Below the pieces are notes generated by a model. That model was not told the DNA's origin and searched no databases. It worked only from the letters and a program-made list of their open reading frames with translations. A stretch of DNA of 64,000 bases from Candidatus Hydrothermales bacterium. GTDB lineage: Bacteria; Hydrothermota; Hydrothermia; Hydrothermales; JAJRUZ01. Positions 41,013-50,114 of this stretch are shown here, in pieces. Numbering within the stretch: the first letter of the stretch is position 1; each line of letters opens with the position of its first letter. The stretch is from NCBI GenBank assembly GCA_039630575.1, contig JBCNUW010000007.1, forward strand, positions 7,604 to 71,603, read 5' to 3'. The translations under genes and the position numbers were made by a program.

Positions 41013-41827
41013 CTGAAAAGAACAACTGGTATTTTTGCCCAAACCTCCTCTCCACTTTTGATAACTATAAGATAAACACCTGCCTTTTGATTTTTTCCAA
41101 AATCATCCCTTCCATCCCAAATTATTTTTACTCTCCTATTGGATCTTATAATATCTAAATCTTTGACCTTCTTCCCTGTTAAACTATAGACCGATGCTAA
41201 AATAGTACGTACTTCTTCTCCACATTCTAGAATTACTTCAAGGTTTTCTACTTCAGGACTAAAGAATTTTTTATATTCTTTAACTTGAAGCTCTTCTTCC
41301 TTTTCTTTATAAACAATTCTAAGCACAGCTTTTAAATCAATACCTTTATCCCATACTCCGTCACAATCTTGATCTAATGGTACTAAAAATAATGGATAAA
41401 TATCTCCCTTTTGTTCAGGTATAGAGTAAAAAATTCCGTTAGATTCAATACAAACCCAAAAGTAAATTTGTTTCGAATTTTCAATTAGATTTTTTGGGAG
41501 TTTAATATTTAAAAGATTTTCTCTGCCAAGAGTATCCATATGGAAAATTATACCTTTATCAGAATAAGAAACTTTATCTTCCTTTAAATCAGATACAAAA
41601 AAATATTTAAGTTTGACTGGAAACTTGAAAGAGCCCCTTAGTTCAGGGAAAAAATACATTCCTTCGTCACCAGTACCTGCTGCAAAGTAAATCCTATCAA
41701 ATTTTGCTACTTTCAAATTAACATGAAAATAAAAACTATCCCAACTCGCGTAAAGCTCTGAAGTTGAGGAGATATAAATGGGTTCCTCCTTTAAAACTAG
41801 GATTAAAAATATATAAAGGATTTTCAT
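41009..41827 (-). CDS. Hypothetical secreted protein with FlgD-Ig/T9SS-type C-terminal domain
   Basis: 272 aa. Signal-like N-terminus MKILYIFLILVL. C-terminus is ..ILASVYSLTGKKVKDL..VKIIWDGRDDFGKNQKAGVYLIVIKSG. Confidence 0.5.
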   Translation of the reverse strand: MKILYIFLILVLKEEPIYISSTSELYASWDSFYFHVNLKVAKFDRIYFAAGTGDEGMYFFPELRGSFKFPVKLKYFFVSDLKEDKVSYSDKGIIFHMDTLGRENLLNIKLPKNLIENSKQIYFWVCIESNGIFYSIPEQKGDIYPLFLVPLDQDCDGVWDKGIDLKAVLRIVYKEKEEELQVKEYKKFFSPEVENLEVILECGEEVRTILASVYSLTGKKVKDLDIIRSNRRVKIIWDGRDDFGKNQKAGVYLIVIKSGEEVWAKIPVVLFR

Positions 41828-41858
41828 TGGATTTATTATAGAGTATATAATATTTAAA

Positions 41859-42587
41859 GTGCAATATTATATTTTTTCTGATTTTCATCTTGGTTTCTCT
41901 GAGGAAAGAGATAAAAAGATTTTTGAAAAATTTTTTGGTATTCTTGAAAAACTAGAAAAAGGCAGTAAAATTGTTTTGCTGGGTGATATTTTTGATTTTT
42001 GGTTTGAATATAAAACTGTTCTACCTAAGGAAAATTTTTTATTTGTATCTGAGCTTTACAAATTTAAAGATAAGTTTGAATTCTTTTACTTTACAGGTAA
42101 TCATGATTTTTTTGTTAAAAATTTCATTCAAGGTTTTAATTTGAGGATTTTCCAAAAGGAAAGAATTTTTCAAATAGGAAAAAAGAAAGTCCTGCTTGCT
42201 CACGGTGATTTCTATTATGAAAGCGATTTAATAGGAACGTATTTTAATTATCTTTTAAGAAGTTCTTTTGTTAAATTTTTATTCTACATTCTCCACCCAG
42301 ATATAGGAATAAAGTTGGCAAAGGGTATTTCAAAAATTTCGAGAAATAACTCTGAAAAAAAAGAACCAAAGGAAGAAATTCCTGAAAGAGCAAAAAAATT
42401 TTTTAAAAAAGGAGGTGATATCTGTATTTTAGGACATTTTCACAAACCGATGTTTATTGAAAGAGACCAAAAAATTTATGTAAATACAGGAGAATTCCCT
42501 ATAGATGAAAGCTTTGTTTACCTCGATGAAAACAGGATCGCACTCTATAAAGAAAATAAAATAATAAGGGAAAAAATTTTAAAATAA
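41859..42587 (+). CDS. lpxH: UDP-2,3-diacylglucosamine diphosphatase-like metallophosphoesterase
   Basis: 242 aa. YIFSDFHLG, LLGDIFDFWFEY, TGNHDFF, LAHGD and LGHFH form the calcineurin-like motif series with LpxH-like spacing. GTG start. Confidence 0.55.
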   Translation: MQYYIFSDFHLGFSEERDKKIFEKFFGILEKLEKGSKIVLLGDIFDFWFEYKTVLPKENFLFVSELYKFKDKFEFFYFTGNHDFFVKNFIQGFNLRIFQKERIFQIGKKKVLLAHGDFYYESDLIGTYFNYLLRSSFVKFLFYILHPDIGIKLAKGISKISRNNSEKKEPKEEIPERAKKFFKKGGDICILGHFHKPMFIERDQKIYVNTGEFPIDESFVYLDENRIALYKENKIIREKILK

Positions 42588-42607
42588 AAAAGAAATTTTG
42601 ATATAAT
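42579..42607 (+). promoter_or_regulatory. Candidate extended -10 promoter at the start of the long spacer
   Basis: TG-A-TATAAT at 42599-42607 (consensus TGnTATAAT), with a weak -35 (TTAAAA) 17 nt upstream. If it is active, the M6 protease mRNA would carry a leader of about 390 nt, or a separate RNA would start here. Confidence 0.3.
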
Positions 42608-43005
42608 TGATCAGTGAAGAACTAGATAACCTCAAAGTCTTTGAACCACTTATTAATCTCAATCCTAAAAATAATTTATTACATACCCTGTTTTAAACTA
42701 AAAGCAAAAAATTTATAAAACATCTCACTCAAAAATTAGAAAATCCTCGTAGCACTGAATTAAAAAATGAGAATTTCTGAAATAAAAGTACAAATTTTAA
42801 GAATGATACATTAACTAAAGTTGTAAGTTAAAAAAACTAATTGTTAGTAGGATTTATTCAATCAGCATTTATTACAGATTCCGTAAAAAGATTATTGAGT
42901 CAAAATCAAAACTTTCAGAAGTTAATCCTCTTCAGTACATTAATTAAATATTGATTTTTTAGAAATCACGGTATAAAATTAAAAGATGAGCCAAAAGGAG
43001 GTAAA
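42588..43005. other. 418-nt ORF-free AT-rich spacer (longest non-coding stretch in the window)
   Basis: No ORF of 60 aa or more in any frame. No GC-rich stems of the kind seen in the two tRNAs. All other intergenic gaps are 211 nt or less, and most are under 60 nt. Confidence 0.6.
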
Positions 43006-45546
43006 ATGATGAATCTATTTTTGTTACTTTTATTTTTAATGCCACCACATCCTCAATTAAAGGAAAGGATGAGCAAAACGGATTATGAAAAAATGCTTGA
43101 AATTCTGAAGAATGCTAAAGAAAGAGGTGTAGATCAACCTGATTTTGAAAATCTTGAGAAATTTAGATTGAGATTACAAAAAAAACAAACTGATACTGCC
43201 AAAATACCCGTAATTCTTGCAGAATTTACTGATAACTTGGCTGATTCCTCTGTTACCCATTTTCAACAGTTGCTGTTTTCTGTTGGAACCTATCCAACAG
43301 GCTCTTTAGCAGACTATTATCTTGAAAACTCATATGGAAAGTTCATCATAACAGGATGGGTTTCAAACTGGCTTATGATGCCACAACCTTATTCTTACTA
43401 CACTAACAATAACTACGGATTGGGATCCTATCCACGAAATGCTCAAGGTCTTGCAAGAGATGCGGTTCTTGCTGCTGATCCCTATGTGGATTTTTCTCAA
43501 TTTGATAGAAACAATGACGGTTATGTCGATGTAGTCTTTATAGTTCATGCAGGTCCAGGTGCTGAAGAAACAGGAAATCCAAACGATATATGGTCTCACG
43601 CTTGGGTTATACCAGGTGGAGTTAATGTTGACGGTAAAATAGCTTATAGATACTCAATGATGCCTGAAAATGGTAGAGTAGGTGTATTCGGTCATGAGTA
43701 TGGCCATAATCTTGGTTTACCTGACCTGTATGATACTGACTATTCCTCTGAAGGACTTGGAAACTGGTCAATGATGTCAGGCGGTTCCTGGGGCAACAAT
43801 GGAAGAACTCCTGTTCATTTTGACATTTGGTGCAAATATAAACTCGGTTTTCTAACTCCAGTCAATGTAACCTCTATTATTAATAACGCATCTTTTGATC
43901 CAGTTGAAAACTTACCAATAGGATATAGGTTATGGACAAGTGGTAACAGTTCACCCCAGTACTTTCTCGCTGAATTTAGAAAAAAAATTAAATTTGATTC
44001 CTACATACCTGGAGAGGGTCTTCTAATATATCATGTAGATGAATACATGACAAATAACAACTATGAATGGTATCCAGGTTTGCCAGGTGGTTTACATTAT
44101 AAAGTTGCTCTCGAACAGGCAGATGGAAAGTGGGATCTTGAAAAAAAGCAAAATTCAGGTGACCTTGGAGATCCTTATCCAGGCACTACCCTTAACACCT
44201 CCTTTGACAACTACTCAACACCTAATTCAAAAAACTATAACAATAATACCACTTATGTCTCAATAACTGGTATATCCCCTAAAGCTTCAAAAATTTATGC
44301 TGACCTTGCTGTTATACCTGTATATAATATGTCCATTGATTCCTCAAATATTCCCAACATAGGAAAAAAAGATAGTTTAATATACCCTAAAATTTTTGTT
44401 TCTAACAGAGGTTTTTATAATCAAAGCTTTGACTTGACACTTAGAATTGACTCCTTTTCTTATACAGTTTATCAACATCAATTAAATGGACTTTCACTTT
44501 CACAGGGATCAGCAAGTTCTTACTCTTTTCCAGCCTTTAGTCCAAAATTTTCAAATGGTATTTATACTTTTTACGGATTTATAACTTCCCCTAACGAACA
44601 GATGTTCCGAAATGACACTATAAAGGTTCGATTTTTCTCATACCAATTAATTAATTTCATCAATTCTCCCTACAATGAAAATCCCCCTACGATTGACGGT
44701 TATATAGATCCGAATGAATGGGCTTTTAGTTATGTACTTGATATATCAGATTATCTAAAAAGAGCCGGAAGAAGAAATATCCAAGAGTCCTATATTTATC
44801 TTTTCAATACTCAAGATGCTCTATATATGGGAATAAAACTTAGTGATACAACAGATGGAACAGATTACATAAGAATAATTTTTGATGATAACGCAAACGG
44901 TAGTTTCCCTCAATCCCCAAATACAAAAGAAGGTGAAATTAAATTTCAACAATCAGGGTCAAGTTTCAGCGCAACCTTTACACCTTATTTCACTGGAGGT
45001 GGACAAGGTTCAACACGCCCTCTTAATTTACCTTATGCTATCTCTGAAACAGGGGGAGAACGACACATAGAAATAAAAATAAATATAACCCCTCAAAATC
45101 TTGGTCTTGATGAGGAACTTCAAGTTAACTCAAACTTAGATACCTTCGCCTTTTTTATTATGACTAGAAACTCAGCTGAAAACGATCTAAACTCATACTG
45201 GCTACAAAACATACCATTAACACAGATTAAAAATCCCTCCCTTTATGGAAAGGTAGAAATAGGTGGACTAAATGTAAATGTAAAAGAAAATAGAACTTCA
45301 TCAGCAAAATTAAACTTTGATTTAATATACAAAAAGGATGGCATTAGGATAATATTTAACCAACCTGATTATTCTCCATTTGATTTAAAAATTGTCAACA
45401 TAACTGGGAGGGTTGTTTTAAAAATTTCCTCTAATGCTAAGGAATTCTCAAGAGATGTTTCATATAAGGAATTAAATAAAGGAACATATTTTGCAATAAT
45501 TAAAGGAGGCAAAAGAGAATTAAGAAAAAAATTCATAATATACTAA
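43006..45546 (+). CDS. M6-family (immune inhibitor A-like) zinc metalloprotease with T9SS-type C-terminal domain
   Basis: 846 aa. VFGHEYGHNLGLPDLYD matches HExxHxxGxPDxYD. Strong RBS AAGGAGG. C-terminus is ..FDLKIVNITGRVVLKIS..LNKGTYFAIIKGGKRELRKKFIIY. Confidence 0.8.
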   Translation: MMNLFLLLLFLMPPHPQLKERMSKTDYEKMLEILKNAKERGVDQPDFENLEKFRLRLQKKQTDTAKIPVILAEFTDNLADSSVTHFQQLLFSVGTYPTGSLADYYLENSYGKFIITGWVSNWLMMPQPYSYYTNNNYGLGSYPRNAQGLARDAVLAADPYVDFSQFDRNNDGYVDVVFIVHAGPGAEETGNPNDIWSHAWVIPGGVNVDGKIAYRYSMMPENGRVGVFGHEYGHNLGLPDLYDTDYSSEGLGNWSMMSGGSWGNNGRTPVHFDIWCKYKLGFLTPVNVTSIINNASFDPVENLPIGYRLWTSGNSSPQYFLAEFRKKIKFDSYIPGEGLLIYHVDEYMTNNNYEWYPGLPGGLHYKVALEQADGKWDLEKKQNSGDLGDPYPGTTLNTSFDNYSTPNSKNYNNNTTYVSITGISPKASKIYADLAVIPVYNMSIDSSNIPNIGKKDSLIYPKIFVSNRGFYNQSFDLTLRIDSFSYTVYQHQLNGLSLSQGSASSYSFPAFSPKFSNGIYTFYGFITSPNEQMFRNDTIKVRFFSYQLINFINSPYNENPPTIDGYIDPNEWAFSYVLDISDYLKRAGRRNIQESYIYLFNTQDALYMGIKLSDTTDGTDYIRIIFDDNANGSFPQSPNTKEGEIKFQQSGSSFSATFTPYFTGGGQGSTRPLNLPYAISETGGERHIEIKINITPQNLGLDEELQVNSNLDTFAFFIMTRNSAENDLNSYWLQNIPLTQIKNPSLYGKVEIGGLNVNVKENRTSSAKLNFDLIYKKDGIRIIFNQPDYSPFDLKIVNITGRVVLKISSNAKEFSRDVSYKELNKGTYFAIIKGGKRELRKKFIIY

Positions 45547-45566
45547 AAATTTCTTAAAAAGAAAAA

Positions 45567-47264
45567 CTATTTAAGCCTAAAAAAGGTGTAGAATAAAAAA
45601 ATAAAAAGAAAGAAAATTCCTATAATTGGGTTTGAAATATTAAAAGAAATGATAGAAAGTCCTGTAATTATTATTAATGCAAGTAATATTCCACTGATTG
45701 CATCTCCTGCTACATAACCGGAAGCAAGTAAAATTCCCTTTTCTTTTTTCTTTATAATTTCAGATAAAATTCCACCAAGTGCTATAGTAGTAGATAAAGA
45801 AAAAGGAAGATAAAGTCCAACTGCAACTGGAAGTGATGAAATACCTAAGATCTCGAGAAAAATTGAAACCGTTATACCAGAAATAAAAAGATGAATAGGA
45901 AATTGAGCTTCAAAGATTCCTTTAACAATTAATGACATTAAAGTAGCCTGTGGAGCAGAAAGTCTTTCGCTACCTATAACATAAGCTTTATGTAATATAA
46001 ATAAAGTAAAACCAATAAAAATCGATGAAGTAATCACACCTATTATCTCTCCAATTTGCTGTAGTTTAGGTGTCGCACCTACAAGAAATCCAGTTTTTAA
46101 ATCCTGAGAAATATCCCCAGCAATTGCAGCACTGATACAGATAAAGGCTCCAATCGTTAGCGAAGTGAACATAGCATAGATTCCCTTTCCACCAAGAATG
46201 TAAATTAAAAGACTAACTAAAAAAAGTGTTGCTATTGTCATACCTGATACAGGATTTGATGAAGATCCTACAAGACCAACTATTCTTGAAGAAACAACTA
46301 CAAAGATAAATGAAAAGATAATAATAAGAAAAGATGTAAAGAAATTTTGATTAAAAATATCTAAAAGTGAAATTAAAAAATAAATTATTAAAACAGAAAA
46401 AACTATAAAAGATAGGGGAAGATCCTTTTTACCAGGTTTAAAGGAAAAAAATTTTCTTTCTTTAATAAGATTTAATAAAATTTTTAAAAATGATATAAGA
46501 CCACCAGAGAAAACTGCTCCAGCACCAATATATCTAATGTATTTACTCCAAATAGAATAAGTATCAAGAACTTTTGCATCAGGAACATAATTGCCAATTA
46601 AAGGAATAAAAACTAACCAACCTAAAAGTCCACCCGCCAAAAGTAAGAAAGAAATTCTTTTTCCTAAAATGATTCCAACACCTAAAAGAGCTGGTGAGTT
46701 CTCAAAAGAAAGGGTTAGTTTATTTTTAAGGTTTATTAAAAAATAATCAGGAAAAAGTTTAAAACCTATCGCTAAAAACCTGAAAGTAAAACCTGAAATA
46801 AGTCCCTCAAAAACAGTTTTAGCTTTATGTCCACCTTCATCTCCTGCCTTAAGTACTTCAGCACAGGCTCTTCCCTCTGGAAAAGGAAGCTCCCTATCTT
46901 CCTCCTCTATGAATCTTTTTCTGACTGTTACCATAAATAAAACTCCTAAAAGTCCTCCTAAAAGAGAAGTTAAAAATATATAAAAAATTGTTGGATTTAA
47001 TCCTATAAGAATCAGGGCAGGAATAGTGAATATGATACCAGCTGCCAGTGATTCACCAGCTGAAGCAATTGTTTGCACCATATTATTTTCAAGAATAGTA
47101 CCTCTTTTTAAAATTCCTCTCAAAATAGCCATAGAAACACAAGCAGCAGGTATTGAAGCAGAAACTGTCATTCCTGCCTTAAGACCAAGATATGCATTAG
47201 CAGCACCAAAAATTATAGAAAGGAAGATTCCCAGAATAATAGCTCTTATTGTAAATTCTTTCAT
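45567..47264 (-). CDS. OPT-family oligopeptide transporter
   Basis: 565 aa, polytopic. The N-terminus FTIRAIILGIFLSIIFGAANAYLGLKAGMTVSASIPAA is typical of bacterial OPT proteins. Confidence 0.75.
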   Translation of the reverse strand: MKEFTIRAIILGIFLSIIFGAANAYLGLKAGMTVSASIPAACVSMAILRGILKRGTILENNMVQTIASAGESLAAGIIFTIPALILIGLNPTIFYIFLTSLLGGLLGVLFMVTVRKRFIEEEDRELPFPEGRACAEVLKAGDEGGHKAKTVFEGLISGFTFRFLAIGFKLFPDYFLINLKNKLTLSFENSPALLGVGIILGKRISFLLLAGGLLGWLVFIPLIGNYVPDAKVLDTYSIWSKYIRYIGAGAVFSGGLISFLKILLNLIKERKFFSFKPGKKDLPLSFIVFSVLIIYFLISLLDIFNQNFFTSFLIIIFSFIFVVVSSRIVGLVGSSSNPVSGMTIATLFLVSLLIYILGGKGIYAMFTSLTIGAFICISAAIAGDISQDLKTGFLVGATPKLQQIGEIIGVITSSIFIGFTLFILHKAYVIGSERLSAPQATLMSLIVKGIFEAQFPIHLFISGITVSIFLEILGISSLPVAVGLYLPFSLSTTIALGGILSEIIKKKEKGILLASGYVAGDAISGILLALIIITGLSIISFNISNPIIGIFFLFIFLFYTFFRLK

Positions 47265-47290
47265 GGATTAATTATATCTTATAATAATTT

Positions 47291-48109
47291 ATGTTTTACA
47301 GAAAACCCTTTAAACCTGATAAAAAGGAAATTAAGGCTGATGTATGGAAAAAATGTGAGAATTGTGGAGAAACACTCCATGTAGCTCAACTAGAGAAAAA
47401 TTTATGGGTATGCTCTAAGTGTTCCTTTCATTTTAGAATACCAGCAAAAAAATATATTGAAATTGTCTTCGAAGAAAATACCTTTGAAGAACTCTTTCTC
47501 CATATTGAATCTGACGACCCTTTAAACTTTCCAGATTATAAAAAGAAATACAAAAAAGCAAAAGAAGAAACAGGACTAAAAGAGGCTTGTATAACAGGAA
47601 AAGGTAAAATTGATAAATTTTTTGTATCTGCCTTTATATCAGACTTTTCCTTTATGGGAGGCAGTATGGGTTCTGCTTACGGTGAAAAATTCTACTTAAT
47701 ATGTGAATACGCAACTAAAGAAAAACTTCCTCTAATTGCAATAACTTCATCAGGAGGAGGAGCACGAATGCAAGAGGGTATAATCTCTTTAATGCAACTT
47801 GTAAAGACAAATATAGGTGTAAAATTACTTAAAGAAAATAGAATCCCCTATATCACAGTACTCTGTGATCCAACAATGGGAGGAGTAATGGCTTCATTTG
47901 CAGCACTTGGAGATATTTCTTTAGCTGAAAAAGGTGCTCTTTTAGGATTTGCGGGCCCAAGAGTAATTGAACAGACAATAAAACAAAAATTACCCCCTGG
48001 ATTCCAAAGAGCTGAATTTCAGTTTGAACATGGTATGATAGACGAAGTTATCGACAGAAGAGAGTTAAAAAAAATGTTAATAAAAATTTTAAGTATAATT
48101 TGGGATTAA
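47291..48109 (+). CDS. accD: Acetyl-CoA carboxylase carboxyltransferase beta subunit
   Basis: 272 aa. Zinc ribbon CENCGE..CSKCSFHFR, then GGSMGS and SGGARMQEG motifs. Confidence 0.9.
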   Translation: MFYRKPFKPDKKEIKADVWKKCENCGETLHVAQLEKNLWVCSKCSFHFRIPAKKYIEIVFEENTFEELFLHIESDDPLNFPDYKKKYKKAKEETGLKEACITGKGKIDKFFVSAFISDFSFMGGSMGSAYGEKFYLICEYATKEKLPLIAITSSGGGARMQEGIISLMQLVKTNIGVKLLKENRIPYITVLCDPTMGGVMASFAALGDISLAEKGALLGFAGPRVIEQTIKQKLPPGFQRAEFQFEHGMIDEVIDRRELKKMLIKILSIIWD

Positions 48110-50106
48110 TCATCTTTTTTTTATTTTTAAAACCAATAAAATTTCAGGCAGACTCTCTACTTTACGATGTAAGGAAAAAGGTTTTATATCTTTTAAAAAA
48201 TGTCAAAATTGAATATGAAAATGTAGAGCTTTTTTCAGATACAGTCCTTTTTTTTGAGGAAAGAAAATTTATTTATGCTTACGGAAAAGCAAAATTAAGA
48301 TCTGGTAAAGATTCACTTAAAGGAGAAAAAATAATCTATAACACAGAATCCCAAAAAGGGAAAGTCTTAAAGGGTAAAACAAAAATCGAAAAGGGAATAT
48401 TATGGGCAGATAAAATTTACAAAGTTGATAAGGATAACATTAAAGCTTTTGACGGACACTATACAACCTGTGAATTAGAGGATCCCCATTATTTTTTTTC
48501 ATCTAAAAAAGTTAAAGTTATTCTTAAAAAAGATATAGTTGCGGAACCTGTAATAATGTTCATAAAGGATTTCCCAATAATTTTTCTACCTTTCTGGATA
48601 TTTCCAGCTACAAAAGAAAGAAAATCAGGTTTTCTAACACCAAGACCAGGAAGAAATTCTCTGCTTGGTTTATACTTGAAAAATCTTACCTATTACTGGG
48701 CTATTAATCCTTACATGGGTTATACAATTGGATTTGACTTATATGAAAAAAAGGGAGCTTCAATTGTAACTGAATATGAATATATTTTATTTAAATTTCT
48801 TGAAGGAAACATAAGTGGAACTTTTACAAGAGAGATAGATCCTAAAAGAGAAAGATGGAGCATAAATGGTATTCATAACCAGAATTTTTTATATAAATCA
48901 AAAATACAAGCAAAGGCTGATTTTATATCTGATAATACCTATGCAACAGACTACTCGGAATATAAACCTGAAAGACTAAAGAGTGAAGCCTATTCTTATC
49001 TAACTTTCTCAAAAAATTTTAAAATTTCATATATGAACTTAACACTTGACAGAAGAGAAGATTTTTTAAATAAGAAAAAAGAAACAAAACTACCAATCTT
49101 TTCCTTCTCATTCTTCGGCAGAGAAATTGGACCATTTAGAATCTCTGGAGGATTAAATCTTTTGAGAATAATTACAAAAGATAGTTTAAAAAAAATAGAA
49201 AATAAACATTTAGCAATTAACAAATCAATTTTAACTCAACAGAATTTTCTGGGAATTTTTAACACCTCCATATCTCTTAATCTTTCAGAAAAGATATACC
49301 CTGAGGACACTCTCAGAAAAAAATTTCCAATTTCTTATAACATAAGCTTTTCATCAAATTCTTCATTAACACTATACGGAAGATCTTTAATAAAACCACC
49401 ATATTTTGAAAACTTTTATCATTTTTTAACTATTTCAACTGGATATAGCCTAAGACCAGGTTTTAAAGCAATTGCTGTCAGAGGTGAGGGTCCAAAAAAT
49501 CCTTCATCTTCTTTAAACTTCAGCTTAAAAAATGACTTTTTTGCAAAAAAAGAAAAAACAAGGTACCCCCTAATAAATATTAATATCTCTGGAAATTATG
49601 ATTTTTTAAAAAAAGAAAAAAAACTTTCAAATATAAATTTTGTAGGGACAATACCACTTCCATATAATCTTTCAGGCTCAGGAGATTTTAATTACAATCC
49701 CTATTCAAAAAAAATTGAAACATCAAACTTTAGAATATCCTACAATTTTAATTTAATTTTAACTGAAAAAATGCTTCCATCCAATAAAAATTTAATAACT
49801 TCTGGAACATATAGCTACAGTAAAAACAAAGGTAAGGAAAATCATACATTAAGTGGATCTTTTTCCGGTCAATTAACAGAAAAATGGAGTTTTAACTATT
49901 ACTTTGTTTATACAAGTGAGGAAAAAAAAATAAATTCTCAGAGCCTAAATTTAACAAGAGATTTGCATTGTTTCTCTTTGGAAATAAGATGGTCAAAAAT
50001 AGGAAATTTCTACGATTATCAATTTAGAGTATCAATTAAAGGAATCCCTGATTTGAAAATAGAAAGAAACTTTTTCGAAACTATCTTACCATCTTTGCAA
50101 GAGTAA
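48100..50106 (+). CDS. lptD: LptD/OstA-like LPS-assembly outer-membrane protein
   Basis: 668 aa. OstA-like N-terminal repeats (ADSLLYDVRKKVLYLLKNVKIEYENVELFSD). HYTTCELEDPHYFFSSKKVKV resembles the LptD TTC..P.W motif. Long beta-barrel-like C-terminus. TTG start overlaps accD by 10 nt. Confidence 0.6.
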   Translation: MGLIIFFLFLKPIKFQADSLLYDVRKKVLYLLKNVKIEYENVELFSDTVLFFEERKFIYAYGKAKLRSGKDSLKGEKIIYNTESQKGKVLKGKTKIEKGILWADKIYKVDKDNIKAFDGHYTTCELEDPHYFFSSKKVKVILKKDIVAEPVIMFIKDFPIIFLPFWIFPATKERKSGFLTPRPGRNSLLGLYLKNLTYYWAINPYMGYTIGFDLYEKKGASIVTEYEYILFKFLEGNISGTFTREIDPKRERWSINGIHNQNFLYKSKIQAKADFISDNTYATDYSEYKPERLKSEAYSYLTFSKNFKISYMNLTLDRREDFLNKKKETKLPIFSFSFFGREIGPFRISGGLNLLRIITKDSLKKIENKHLAINKSILTQQNFLGIFNTSISLNLSEKIYPEDTLRKKFPISYNISFSSNSSLTLYGRSLIKPPYFENFYHFLTISTGYSLRPGFKAIAVRGEGPKNPSSSLNFSLKNDFFAKKEKTRYPLININISGNYDFLKKEKKLSNINFVGTIPLPYNLSGSGDFNYNPYSKKIETSNFRISYNFNLILTEKMLPSNKNLITSGTYSYSKNKGKENHTLSGSFSGQLTEKWSFNYYFVYTSEEKKINSQSLNLTRDLHCFSLEIRWSKIGNFYDYQFRVSIKGIPDLKIERNFFETILPSLQE

Positions 50107-50114
50107 ATTATATA

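Noticed and set aside
42588-43005. The spacer as a replication origin, or as a structured ncRNA gene (RNase P RNA, tmRNA, SRP, 6S).
   Set aside because: No TTATCCACA-type DnaA boxes are present on either strand. No GC-rich helices are present, although stable RNAs in this genome (the tRNAs) are conspicuously GC-rich. Only trivial 4-5 bp inverted repeats occur.
42986-43009. A 7-codon uORF (MSQKEVK) that covers the M6 protease RBS and ends in an ATGA overlap with its start codon.
   Set aside because: It has no RBS of its own and is extremely short. Such an ORF is expected by chance, and it is not supportable without ribosome profiling.
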